Notes: generated by a model not told the origin, from the letters alone. 32,000 bases of DNA from Candidatus Annandia pinicola (GCF_020541245.1 NZ_CP045876.1:90001-122000); one strand, 5' to 3'; counted from the stretch's first letter, positions 18,906-28,941 are shown. A program made the numbers and translations.

Positions 18906-20642
18906 ATGAATTATATTAAAAGCAGTGTCTTAAAAATAAAAAAAAAAATAATATATTATGATTATTTATATAGAAATTTAAGTTATTCTGAAATACCTGA
19001 TTATGAATATGATAAATTATTAAATAAATTTAATATTTTAAAAAAAAAATGTACTATAATTAAAAATAATATATTTAATAAAATTAAATTTAAATATTCA
19101 AATATATTAAATTTTAAAAAAAAAACTCATTTATTACCAATGTTATCATTAAAAAATACTTTTAACATTGAAGAAATATATAATTTTTATAAAAAAATAT
19201 TTAAAAATTTAAAAAAAAAGTTTTATTTATGTTGTGAACTAAAAATAGATGGAATATCAATTAGTTTAATTTATAAAAAAGGAAATTTAATACAAGCAAT
19301 TACTAGAGGTAATGGTTATTTAGGAGATGATATAATAGCTAACGTATTAACTATAAAAAATATTCCATTAATTTTAAAAGGTAATAATATTCCAGAAAAA
19401 ATAAATATTTGTGGTGAAATATTTATAACCTATAAAAATCTTAAAAATATTAAAAAAAAAAATAATAGTTTTTTTTCTAATTCTAGAAATATAGTATCAG
19501 GTACATTAAAAAATATTAATTCTAAAATTACATCAAATAGAAATTTAACATTTTTGTGTTATAATGTTAATTTTTCAAAACAAAAATTATTTAATGAAAG
19601 TCATTTTGAATGTTTAAAAAAAGTTAATAAGTGGGGTATTCCAATACATAATTATATAAAAAAAACATATAAAATAAAAGAAATTAAAAAATTTTTTTTT
19701 TATGCAAATATTAATAGAAAATATTTTGGATTCGATAATGATGGTATAGTAATAAAAATAGATTCTAAAAAAATACAAAATAAAATTGGTTGTAACAATA
19801 AATATCCAAAATGGGCTATTGCTTATAAATTTAAGTCTCAAGAAAAAATTACTAAAGTAATTAATATAGTTTTTAATATAAGTAGATATGGTATTTTAAT
19901 ACCTATAGCATATATTAAACCAATTAATATTTTAGGAAGTAAAATTAGTAAAATTACTTTACATAATAAAAAAAATATAGAAATGTTAAATTTATATATA
20001 GGGGATAGTGTTATAGTAAAATATTCAGGAGATGTTATACCTCAAATTATAAAAGTAATATTATCTAAAAGAACTAAAGAAGCAAAAAAAATTATTTTTC
20101 CAACATTATGTCCTATTTGTAATTCTAAATTAAAATATATAAAAAATAAATATTTATATAAATGTAATTCAAATTTAAATTGTAGAATACAACTACAAGA
20201 AAAAATAATAAATTTTATTTCTAAAAATGGATTTAATATAACTGTTATTAAAAGAAATATAGTTTTTGAGTTAATAAAAAAAAAATATATTAAAAATATA
20301 TCAGATATATTTAAATTAAATTATAAAATTTTATCTAGATTAAATACTATCAATAAATCTTTATTATACAATATTTTAATTTCTATTAATAAATCTAAAA
20401 ATATACATCTATCAAATTTTATATATTCTTTAGGAATTGAAAATGTGGGTAAAATAATATCATTAAATATTGCTAATTACTTTAAATATATAAGTAAAAT
20501 AATATATGCAGATATAAAAGAAATAAATTCAGTTCCTAAAATATCAAAAAAAATATCATTAAATGTATTTAATTTTATGAAAAAAAAAAAAAATAAAATA
20601 ATAATTTCAAAAATATTAAAACATGTTAAAATATTTATATAA
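18906..20642 (+). CDS. ligA: NAD-dependent DNA ligase LigA, short form (578 aa, no BRCT domain)
   Basis: Domain Ia (Y.YLYR....EIPD.EYDKL), adenylation motif CELKIDG, four-Cys zinc finger (CPICNS...CNSNLNC) and HhH region. It ends where the E. coli BRCT domain would begin. Confidence 0.9.
   Translation: MNYIKSSVLKIKKKIIYYDYLYRNLSYSEIPDYEYDKLLNKFNILKKKCTIIKNNIFNKIKFKYSNILNFKKKTHLLPMLSLKNTFNIEEIYNFYKKIFKNLKKKFYLCCELKIDGISISLIYKKGNLIQAITRGNGYLGDDIIANVLTIKNIPLILKGNNIPEKINICGEIFITYKNLKNIKKKNNSFFSNSRNIVSGTLKNINSKITSNRNLTFLCYNVNFSKQKLFNESHFECLKKVNKWGIPIHNYIKKTYKIKEIKKFFFYANINRKYFGFDNDGIVIKIDSKKIQNKIGCNNKYPKWAIAYKFKSQEKITKVINIVFNISRYGILIPIAYIKPINILGSKISKITLHNKKNIEMLNLYIGDSVIVKYSGDVIPQIIKVILSKRTKEAKKIIFPTLCPICNSKLKYIKNKYLYKCNSNLNCRIQLQEKIINFISKNGFNITVIKRNIVFELIKKKYIKNISDIFKLNYKILSRLNTINKSLLYNILISINKSKNIHLSNFIYSLGIENVGKIISLNIANYFKYISKIIYADIKEINSVPKISKKISLNVFNFMKKKKNKIIISKILKHVKIFI
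20580..20593 (+). repeat. A14 homopolymer inside ligA, in-frame (M KKKK N)
   Basis: Direct count: atg aaa aaa aaa aaa aat. Confidence 0.9.
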
Positions 20643-20731
20643 TTAATTATAAAAAAATTATAAATATTATAATTAAAAAAAAAATAAATATTTTATTAAA
20701 TTAATAAAATTATTATAAAATTGTTTTTAAA

Positions 20732-21595
20732 ATGATAAATAATATATTAGACGGTAAAACATTATCAAATTATATACTTTATAATATTTATAAAAAAAAT
20801 CAAAAATATAAAAAATTTGGATATAGATTACCATCTTTAGCTGTAATATTAATTGGTAATAACAAATCATCCTTATTATATGTAAAAAAAAAACATATTG
20901 CATGTAAAATAACAGGACTAATTTCTTATGCTTATAATTTATCTTATTCAGTTAATAACAAATTGTTATTTAATTTAATAAATAAATTAAATAATAACAA
21001 TAATATAGATGGTATTATTATACAATTACCTTTACCATTACATATAAATACAAATAAAATTTTAGAATTAATATCAATAGAAAAAGATGTAGATGGTTTT
21101 AATCCATATAATATTGGTAAACTTTGTCAAAGAATACCTTTATTAAGACCTTGTACTTCGCTTGGAATTATAACATTGTTATCAAAATATAAAATTAATA
21201 TAATAGGATTAAATGCTTTAATTATAGGAGCTTCTAATATAGTAGGTAGACCTATTAGTATGGAACTTTTATTATCAGGATGTACTATTACAATTGTTCA
21301 TAGATTTACTAGAAACTTAAATTATTATATAAAAAAATCAGATTTAATAATAGTATCTGTTGGGAAAATAAATTTTATTTCAGGAAAATTAGTTAAATAT
21401 GGAGTTATTATTATAGATGTAGGTATAAACTATTCTTCTAATGGTAATATTAAAGGTGATGTTAATTTTTTTAGTACTTCAATAAAATCATCATATATTA
21501 CCCCCGTTCCTGGTGGTGTTGGTCCAATGACTATTTCTGCACTTATATATAATACTTTAATTACATATAAAAAAAAAAATAAATTTATTATATAA
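20732..21595 (+). CDS. folD: bifunctional methylenetetrahydrofolate dehydrogenase/cyclohydrolase
   Basis: 287 aa. ILDGK, P.LAVILIG....S..YV..K, DGIIIQLPLP, KDVDGF.P.N.G, GAS.IVGRP, TPVPGGVGPMT. Confidence 0.94.
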   Translation: MINNILDGKTLSNYILYNIYKKNQKYKKFGYRLPSLAVILIGNNKSSLLYVKKKHIACKITGLISYAYNLSYSVNNKLLFNLINKLNNNNNIDGIIIQLPLPLHINTNKILELISIEKDVDGFNPYNIGKLCQRIPLLRPCTSLGIITLLSKYKINIIGLNALIIGASNIVGRPISMELLLSGCTITIVHRFTRNLNYYIKKSDLIIVSVGKINFISGKLVKYGVIIIDVGINYSSNGNIKGDVNFFSTSIKSSYITPVPGGVGPMTISALIYNTLITYKKKNKFII

Positions 21596-21599
21596 AATA

Positions 21600-22979
21600 T
21601 TATTTTTTATATAAGTTTGTATTATTAATATTATCCTCAATTCTAATATTTAATTTATTTAATTTTTTTCTCATTTTGTCTGCTAACTTCCATTTTTTAT
21701 TAATACGATAATAATTTCTTATTTTATTTATTTTATCTATATATTTATAATAAAAAAAATTTTTATCGTTTATTTTTGAAGAATATCCATTAATTTTTTT
21801 TAAAAAATCATTAGGATCATTTTTTAATAAACCTAATATTCCAGCTAATTGACGTAATCTAGCTGCAAAATTATGAACCTTAGAAGATTGTTTATTTTTT
21901 AAATTATTTATTTCTTTAGATAAACTTAATAATACAGAAAAAGATTCAGGAATATTAAAATCATCATTTATTGCTTCAAAAAAACGATTTTTAAATGTAT
22001 TTCCTAATAAAATTTTAATATTAGGATTTGTGTTTTGTAATGATTTATACATAAATTTTAAAATATTAGTATATTTATTTAAACTATTAATTTTATATAT
22101 TAATGGTTTTCTATAATGACGGGATAATAAAAAATATCTTATAATTTCATTATTATAATTATTTAATAAAGTTCTTATTTTTAAATCATTATTTTTTGAT
22201 TTAGACATTTTATCATTATCTATCATTAACATTCCTACATGAACCCAATAGTTAATTTTATTATTTTTAAAAATACATTGTGATTGAGCTATTTCGTTTT
22301 CATGATGAGGAAAAATTAAATCTTGTCCTCCTCCATGAATATCAATTTTATTTCCTAAATATTTATTACATATGGTTGAACATTCAATATGCCAACCTGG
22401 TCTACCTATACCCCAAGGAGATAACCAACCTGGTTCATTTATTTTTGATTTTTTCCATAAAACAAAATCTATTTTATTACTATTTTTTAAAATATTTATT
22501 TTGTTTTTTTTAAAAAAATGACCATAATTATTATAAGTTTTAATAGAAAATAATATATCACCTTTATAGTTTATATAAGCATTTTTATTTTTTAATAATT
22601 TTAAAATTAATTCAATAATATTTTGTATATTATCTGTAACAAGCGGTTCTTTATTAGGTTTAAGTAAATTTAAATTATTAAAATCTTCTTTCATTTTTAA
22701 TATCATACTATTAGTTAAATTTTTAATTGATATTTTTTTTTTATTAGATTTATTTATAATTTTATCATCAAAATCAGTAATATTACGTACATAATTTATT
22801 TTATAACCAAAATAAATCAAATATCTAATCATTATATCAAAAAAAACAAAAGTTCTACCATGTCCAATATGACATAAATCATAAACAGTAACTCCACATA
22901 CATAAATATTTACATTTTTTTTTTTAATAGATATAAATTTTTCTTTTTTATTTTTAATAGAATTAAATATTTTTAACAT
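21600..22979 (-). CDS. cysS: cysteinyl-tRNA synthetase
   Basis: 459 aa. MLKIFNS, YVCG.TVYD.CHIGHGRT (HIGH), GRPGWHIECS, HGGG.DL.FPHHENE, KMSKS. Confidence 0.95.
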   Translation of the reverse strand: MLKIFNSIKNKKEKFISIKKKNVNIYVCGVTVYDLCHIGHGRTFVFFDIMIRYLIYFGYKINYVRNITDFDDKIINKSNKKKISIKNLTNSMILKMKEDFNNLNLLKPNKEPLVTDNIQNIIELILKLLKNKNAYINYKGDILFSIKTYNNYGHFFKKNKINILKNSNKIDFVLWKKSKINEPGWLSPWGIGRPGWHIECSTICNKYLGNKIDIHGGGQDLIFPHHENEIAQSQCIFKNNKINYWVHVGMLMIDNDKMSKSKNNDLKIRTLLNNYNNEIIRYFLLSRHYRKPLIYKINSLNKYTNILKFMYKSLQNTNPNIKILLGNTFKNRFFEAINDDFNIPESFSVLLSLSKEINNLKNKQSSKVHNFAARLRQLAGILGLLKNDPNDFLKKINGYSSKINDKNFFYYKYIDKINKIRNYYRINKKWKLADKMRKKLNKLNIRIEDNINNTNLYKK

Positions 22980-23115
22980 TTTTATCCTATAATACTTTTT
23001 TTAATATAAATATTATAATAAATATTGATTTATTTAAAAATATACATTAATATTAATTAAATTAAATATAATAAATGTTATTATATTTATTTAATTTATT
23101 AATATAAATATATTT

Positions 23116-23189
23116 GCACCCTTAGCTCAGTAGGATAGAGCAATAGCCTTCTAAGCTGTAGGTCACAGGTTCGAATCCTGTAGGGTGCA
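23116..23189 (+). tRNA. argU: tRNA-Arg (anticodon UCU, reads AGA/AGG); no encoded 3' CCA
   Basis: Hand-folded cloverleaf: acceptor gcaccct/agggtgc, D arm gctc..gagc, anticodon arm atagc-CT[TCT]AA-gctgt, T arm acagg-ttcgaat-cctgt. Closely resembles E. coli argU. Confidence 0.88.
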
Positions 23190-23190
23190 T

Positions 23191-24054
23191 TTAAATAATT
23201 TTCAAAGATTGTAAATTTGCATGATAAGATGATCTTATTAAAGGACCACAAAAAACACTTTTAAAACCAATATTATTAGCTATATTTTTAATTTTATTAA
23301 ATTCTTCGATACTCCAAAATTTATGTATATTTAAATGATTTTTACTAGGTTGTAAATATTGTCCTACAGTTAACATAGTTACTTTATTTTTATATAAATC
23401 ATGTAAAACATTAACAATTTCATTAAATGTTTCTCCCAATCCTACCATTATACCTGATTTAGTAGGAATATTAGGACATATATCTTTAAATTTTTTTAAT
23501 AAATATAATGATTTTTTATAATTAGAACCTGGTTTAATTTTTTTATATAAACGAGGTACACTTTCTATATTATGATTAAAAATATCAGGAGTATATGAAG
23601 ATAATATTTTTAAAGCATTTTTTATTTTTCCTCTAAAATCTGGAACTAAAATTTCAACTTTTATTTTATAATTATATTTTTTAATAGCTTTTATACAATT
23701 TACAAATTGTTGTGCCCCTCCATCATATAGGTCATCTCTATCAACTGATGTTATTACTACATATTTTAAACCAATTTTTTTTATTGCTTTAGCTAGATTT
23801 TTTGGTTCATCTAAAGATGGTTTAAAAGGTTTACCATATTTAATATTACAAAAAGGACATTTTCTAGTACATATAGATCCTAAAATCATAAAAGTGGCTG
23901 TATTATTATTAAAACATTCAGTTAAATTAGGACAAGAGGCTTCTTCACATACTGAATTTAAATTATACTTTCTTAAAATAGATTTTATATTTATTATTTT
24001 TTTAAAATCATAAGGTAATTTTATTTTCAATGAATAAAAATTTTTTTTTCTCAT
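23191..24054 (-). CDS. lipA: lipoyl synthase (radical SAM)
   Basis: 287 aa. [51 protein letters not shown]. Confidence 0.95.
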   Translation of the reverse strand: MRKKNFYSLKIKLPYDFKKIINIKSILRKYNLNSVCEEASCPNLTECFNNNTATFMILGSICTRKCPFCNIKYGKPFKPSLDEPKNLAKAIKKIGLKYVVITSVDRDDLYDGGAQQFVNCIKAIKKYNYKIKVEILVPDFRGKIKNALKILSSYTPDIFNHNIESVPRLYKKIKPGSNYKKSLYLLKKFKDICPNIPTKSGIMVGLGETFNEIVNVLHDLYKNKVTMLTVGQYLQPSKNHLNIHKFWSIEEFNKIKNIANNIGFKSVFCGPLIRSSYHANLQSLKII

Positions 24055-24076
24055 TTTTTTTTATTAATTTTTTATA

Positions 24077-24694
24077 TTAAAAATAAATCATGTATATTAA
24101 AAAATTAATTAATATTTTTATTATTTTATTAGTTTTAATATTATTTTTTAATTCTTTAAATTGTGTCATTTTAATATTTTTATATCCGCATGGATTTATA
24201 TATTTAAATGGAGATAAGTCCATATCAATATTTAATGCTAATCCATGAGATACATAACCATTATAAAAATTTAAACCTAAAGAACATATTTTTTTTTTAT
24301 TAATATATATACCAGGATTTTTTTTTAAATAATATGATTTAATATTAAAATATAAAAGAGTATTAATAACTGAATTGACAATAATATAAATAAATTTTTT
24401 TATTTTAATTTTTATACGGTTTAAATCTATTAAAAAGTATATAATTTGTTGACCTAAACCATGATATGTAATATTACCTCCACGATTACTATACATAATT
24501 GGTATATTCATTATTTTTTTTTTATATTCATTACTATTTTTATGGTTTTTACCCATGGTAAAAACTGGATAATGTTCTACTAACCATATTTCATCACAAG
24601 TATTAATATTTCTTTTTTTATTAAATTTATTCATATCACAATAAACTCTATACCAATTTCGTCTACCTAAATTTTTAACAATAATATTGTTCAT
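24077..24694 (-). CDS. lipB: octanoyltransferase LipB
   Basis: 205 aa. DEIWLVEHYPVFT.G, RGG..TYHG.GQ, KKICS.G, HG.ALN..MDL.PF..INPCG. Adjacent to lipA. Confidence 0.92.
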   Translation of the reverse strand: MNNIIVKNLGRRNWYRVYCDMNKFNKKRNINTCDEIWLVEHYPVFTMGKNHKNSNEYKKKIMNIPIMYSNRGGNITYHGLGQQIIYFLIDLNRIKIKIKKFIYIIVNSVINTLLYFNIKSYYLKKNPGIYINKKKICSLGLNFYNGYVSHGLALNIDMDLSPFKYINPCGYKNIKMTQFKELKNNIKTNKIIKILINFLIYMIYF

Positions 24695-24746
24695 ATAATT
24701 AATTTTATAAATATTATTTTATTATTTGTAAAAATTATTTTTTTTT

Positions 24747-24768
24747 ATATATATATATATATATATAT
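24747..24768. repeat. (AT)11 dinucleotide microsatellite in the lipB-holA intergenic spacer
   Basis: Direct read: atatatatatatatatatatat. Confidence 0.9.
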
Positions 24769-24787
24769 TAAAAAAAATATTATTTTT

Positions 24788-25789
24788 TTATTTTAATAAA
24801 ATAGTTAAAATATACTCTATCATATTCCATATATTGTTATAAAAAACATTATAAAAATAAAATTCTATTTTATATAATAATTTTATTATTATGTAAAATT
24901 TATTAATATTTAAATTTTTTATAATTTTAATTAATAATAAACTTTCTAAATATTCAATATTATGTTTTTTTAAAATTTCATATACTAAATTAATATTATT
25001 TTTTTTTATAAAAATTTTAATTAAAATTATTATATAATATTCTAATTCTTTTACTATAACTATAATATTATAATTTTTTATTTTTAATTGATATAAAATA
25101 TTTATAGAAATATTTAAATCTTTTAAAATTAAAGATTTAATAAAACATTTGTGAGTAAATATGTTCATGTTTTCTAAAATATTTTTAATATCTTTAATTT
25201 TAATATATTTTTTTTTATATAATATATATATATAATCTAATATTTTTATTAAAATTGAAATATTATTTTTATAAAAATAATTAATAAATTTTATTGATGA
25301 TAAAGATAAATTAATATTTTTAATTTTAATATAATAATAAATAAAATTATCTTTTGTATAATTTTTTGTTATATCTTCTATAATAATACCAATTGATTTT
25401 ATTTTATTATAAAAATAGTTTATTTTTATTAAATTATAATTTTTATTATAAATTAAAACTATTATATTATTTAAACTTGATAAATTTATTATTTTATCAA
25501 TTTTATTAAATAAAATATTATTTGATATATTTATTTTTAATTTAATTATAAAAATTTTTTTTTTCTCTAAAATATTTATTTGTTGTAATAAATTTAATAT
25601 TAAAATAAAATCATCTTTTTTTTTAATTGAAAAATTATAAACATTATAAATATCTTTTTTTTTTAAAATATTTATTATTTGATTTTTAATTTTTAGTTTT
25701 AAAATTTCATTTTTTTCTAAAATTAAATATATTGGAAATATATTTTTTTTTTTATAAAATTTAATAAAATTAGTTTTAATGTTATAAAT
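24788..25789 (-). CDS. holA: DNA polymerase III delta subunit. 5' end uncertain: the frame is open to 25804 but has no ATG/GTG/TTG before the internal ATG at 25168. ATT at 25789-25787 is proposed by alignment
   Basis: Manual translation upstream of the listed 126-aa ORF stays open for 212 more codons (..IYNIKTNFIKFYKKKNIFPIYLILEKNEILKLKIKN...). The length (about 333 aa), the position between leuS and lipB, and the segments YL(I/L)L..(N/D)..L and (N/H)(I/F)(F/T)..(H).....L......(L/I).IL.QL resemble E. coli HolA (343 aa). The sequence is very divergent. Confidence 0.65.
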   Translation of the reverse strand: MYNIKTNFIKFYKKKNIFPIYLILEKNEILKLKIKNQIINILKKKDIYNVYNFSIKKKDDFILILNLLQQINILEKKKIFIIKLKINISNNILFNKIDKIINLSSLNNIIVLIYNKNYNLIKINYFYNKIKSIGIIIEDITKNYTKDNFIYYYIKIKNINLSLSSIKFINYFYKNNISILIKILDYIYILYKKKYIKIKDIKNILENMNIFTHKCFIKSLILKDLNISINILYQLKIKNYNIIVIVKELEYYIIILIKIFIKKNNINLVYEILKKHNIEYLESLLLIKIIKNLNINKFYIIIKLLYKIEFYFYNVFYNNIWNMIEYILTILLK

Positions 25790-25819
25790 TCCTATTTTTT
25801 TAAATTATATTAATATTTA

Positions 25820-28399
25820 TTATATAATAAAATTTATAACTTTTTTTTTTATATATATTATTTTTAATATTTTTGAATTTTTTAAAATTTTATAAATTTT
25901 TTTTTTTTTAAAAATTATATCTATTATTTTTTTTTTAGAAATATTATTTGAAATTAAAAATTTTGTTTTAAACTTACCATTAATTTGTATTAAAATTAAT
26001 ATATTATTATTTTTATATAAATAATTATTTGTTAAAGGCCATAAAACTTCATCTATATTTTTTTTATTTCCCATTTTATTCCATAAATAAAAACTAAAAT
26101 GAGGAGTAAAAGGATAAATAAGTCTTATAATAACTAATAAACATTTATTTATTATTTCATAATAATAATATTTTTTTGAAATTTTAATAATATTATTTAA
26201 TAAAACCATAATTAAAGATATTGCTTTATTAAATAATTGTTTTTTTTCAATATAATTAGAAACTTTTTTTATTGTTTCATTTAAATTTGTTAATATTTTT
26301 TTACATAATTTTTCTTTTTTAATTAATTTATATTTTTTTTCATAATATATTTTTTTAAATTTTATATGTTTATATACAAAATTCCAAATTTTATTTAAAA
26401 ATCTATAAATACCTTTAATACCATTATTATTCCATTTTAATTTTATAGATACTGGGGCTGCAAACATGATAAACATTCTTAATGTATCAGCTCCATAATT
26501 ATTAATAATAGTTTTTGGATCTATTCCATTTTTTTTTGATTTAGACATTTTATTTATACCAGCATAAAATACTTTAGTACCATTTTTTTTATAAACTTTT
26601 ATAATTTTATCGTTTTTGTTTCTTTTAATAATTAAATTTTTATTAGATAACCATTTAACAATACCATTATCTAAGCAATAAAAACTTTCATTAACTACCA
26701 TACCTTGACATAAAAGTTTTTTAACTGGTTCTGATGATTTAATAAAACCTGCATCTCTAAGTAATTTATGATAAAATCTAAAATATATAAGATGCATTGT
26801 TGCATGTTCAATCCCCCCGATATATTGATCTATTGGTAACCAATAATTTGCTTTTTTAGAATTTATCATACTTTTATTAAAATTAGGACAAGTATAACGT
26901 ATATAATACCAAGAAGATTCCATAAATGTATCAAAAGTATCTTTTTCTTTAAAATAAATTTTATTATTAATATTAATTTTATTTTTATCAATTAAAATTA
27001 ATTTATTATTTTCTTTAAAATATTTATATTTTGATAATAAAATTGGCAAATAATTATCTGGTATAGGTTTAATAATACCATGTTTATTTTTCATCATAGG
27101 TATAGGTGCACCCCAATATCTTTGACGAGATACCCCCCAATCTTTTAAACGATAATAATATTTTAAACAACCTATTTTTTTTATCAAAATAATATCAAAA
27201 ATAATATTATTAATATCTTTGAAATTTAAATTATTAAACTTATTACAATTACATATAATACTATTATTATTATTAAATATATAAGGTAAATTAGATTCAT
27301 ATTTTTTATCTGTAGATTTAAATATTTTTTTAATATTTAAAGAATATTTTTTTGAAAAATTAAAATCATTTTTATTATGAGCAGGAATAGATATTATAGC
27401 CTTAACCCCATAATCGTTTTTTACACAATTTGATATCCAAATAGGTATTTTATTTTTATTAAAAGGATTTATAACAAATAAATTAGTATTAATTCCAATG
27501 TTATTTAATTTATCATTTGGATATTTTATATCTATTAGTTTTTTACTAATTTTTATAAATTTATTAACACTTGTATTTATTTTACTTATTTTTTTAGAAA
27601 AATAATGATCTATAGACAAAGAGATATAAGTAACACCTAAAATATCTGATGGATTTTTTGTATATACTTTAATTATTTCATTATTATTAAAAATATTAAA
27701 TTTAATTTCTATGAATTTTGATTTTCCAATCCAATTTTTTTGCATAGTTTTTACTTCTTCTGGCCAATATTTTAATTTATTTAAATCTTCTAATAATTCA
27801 TCAGCATATTTAGTAATTTTAATAAACCATTGTGATATTTTTTTTTTAATAACTAAATTATTACAACGCCAACAACGATTATTTATAACTTGTTCATTAG
27901 CTAAAACTGTTTTATCAAAATTACACCAATGTACTTTTGTTTTTTTTTTATATGCAAGTTTTTTTTTATATAATTTAATAAAAAACCATTGTTCCCATTT
28001 ATAATATTTAGGATCACATGTTGTAATTTCACGATTCCAATCATAACCAAAACCTAATTTTTTTAATTGTTTTTTCATATAATATATATTATTATATGTC
28101 CATTTTTTTGGTTCTACTTTTCTTTCTATAGCAGCATTTTCTGCAGGAAGTCCAAAAGCATCCCAACCTATAGTTTGTAATACATTTCTACCTAACATTC
28201 TATAATATTTAGAAATTACATCAGAAATAGTATAATTTCTTACATGGCCTAAATGTAAATTACCAGAAGGATATGGTAACATAGGTAAACAATAATATTT
28301 TTTTTTATTTTTTATTTCTTTTACTGTAAAAGTCTTTTTTTTACTCCAATATTTTTGAACATATTTTTCTATAATTTGATGACAATATTTTTCTTGCAT
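25820..28399 (-). CDS. leuS: leucyl-tRNA synthetase
   Basis: 859 aa. MLPYPSG.LH.GHVRNYT (HIGH), GWDAFGLPAENAA, DWGVSRQRYWG.PIP, KMSKSK.NG.DP. Confidence 0.96.
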   Translation of the reverse strand: MQEKYCHQIIEKYVQKYWSKKKTFTVKEIKNKKKYYCLPMLPYPSGNLHLGHVRNYTISDVISKYYRMLGRNVLQTIGWDAFGLPAENAAIERKVEPKKWTYNNIYYMKKQLKKLGFGYDWNREITTCDPKYYKWEQWFFIKLYKKKLAYKKKTKVHWCNFDKTVLANEQVINNRCWRCNNLVIKKKISQWFIKITKYADELLEDLNKLKYWPEEVKTMQKNWIGKSKFIEIKFNIFNNNEIIKVYTKNPSDILGVTYISLSIDHYFSKKISKINTSVNKFIKISKKLIDIKYPNDKLNNIGINTNLFVINPFNKNKIPIWISNCVKNDYGVKAIISIPAHNKNDFNFSKKYSLNIKKIFKSTDKKYESNLPYIFNNNNSIICNCNKFNNLNFKDINNIIFDIILIKKIGCLKYYYRLKDWGVSRQRYWGAPIPMMKNKHGIIKPIPDNYLPILLSKYKYFKENNKLILIDKNKININNKIYFKEKDTFDTFMESSWYYIRYTCPNFNKSMINSKKANYWLPIDQYIGGIEHATMHLIYFRFYHKLLRDAGFIKSSEPVKKLLCQGMVVNESFYCLDNGIVKWLSNKNLIIKRNKNDKIIKVYKKNGTKVFYAGINKMSKSKKNGIDPKTIINNYGADTLRMFIMFAAPVSIKLKWNNNGIKGIYRFLNKIWNFVYKHIKFKKIYYEKKYKLIKKEKLCKKILTNLNETIKKVSNYIEKKQLFNKAISLIMVLLNNIIKISKKYYYYEIINKCLLVIIRLIYPFTPHFSFYLWNKMGNKKNIDEVLWPLTNNYLYKNNNILILIQINGKFKTKFLISNNISKKKIIDIIFKKKKIYKILKNSKILKIIYIKKKVINFII

Positions 28400-28482
28400 T
28401 TTTTTTATTATATTGTTTTATTTTTTTTTAATTAATTAAAACTAAATTTAATAATATAAAATTTAAATAATTAAATATATTA

Positions 28483-28941
28483 TTATAAAAAATAAGGATT
28501 TTTATATCCCATTGATTTCATAATACTTGTTTCTATTTTAATCATAGAAATTAAATCTTTATATAATTTATGTTTATATCCTATTAAATGTAAAATTCCA
28601 TGCATAATATTATGTAAAAAAAGCGTTTCAAATTTTATTTTATATAATTTTGATTCTTTTATAATATTTTTATAACATATAACTATTTCTCCTATTATTT
28701 TAATATTTGTATTTGGTATATTTATATCATTAAATGTAATAATATTAGTAACTTTATTTTTATTAAAATATAATTTATTTAATTCTATTATTTTTTTTTT
28801 ATCAACAATAACAATATTTATTTCTTTATTAATTTTTTTATATTTTGTTATAGATATTAATAAATATTGTAATTTAGATAAAGAAATTATTTTTCTTTTA
28901 TATTTACACATTAATTTTAAATTACAAATAATTTTTTTCAT
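28483..28941 (-). CDS. ybeY: endoribonuclease YbeY (16S rRNA 3' maturation)
   Basis: 152 aa. Zinc-binding H.(I/M)HG.LHL.GY.H motif (HNIMHGILHLIGYKH), GEIVIC. Sits between leuS and miaB as in the E. coli ybeZYX region. Confidence 0.88.
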   Translation of the reverse strand: MKKIICNLKLMCKYKRKIISLSKLQYLLISITKYKKINKEINIVIVDKKKIIELNKLYFNKNKVTNIITFNDINIPNTNIKIIGEIVICYKNIIKESKLYKIKFETLFLHNIMHGILHLIGYKHKLYKDLISMIKIETSIMKSMGYKNPYFL

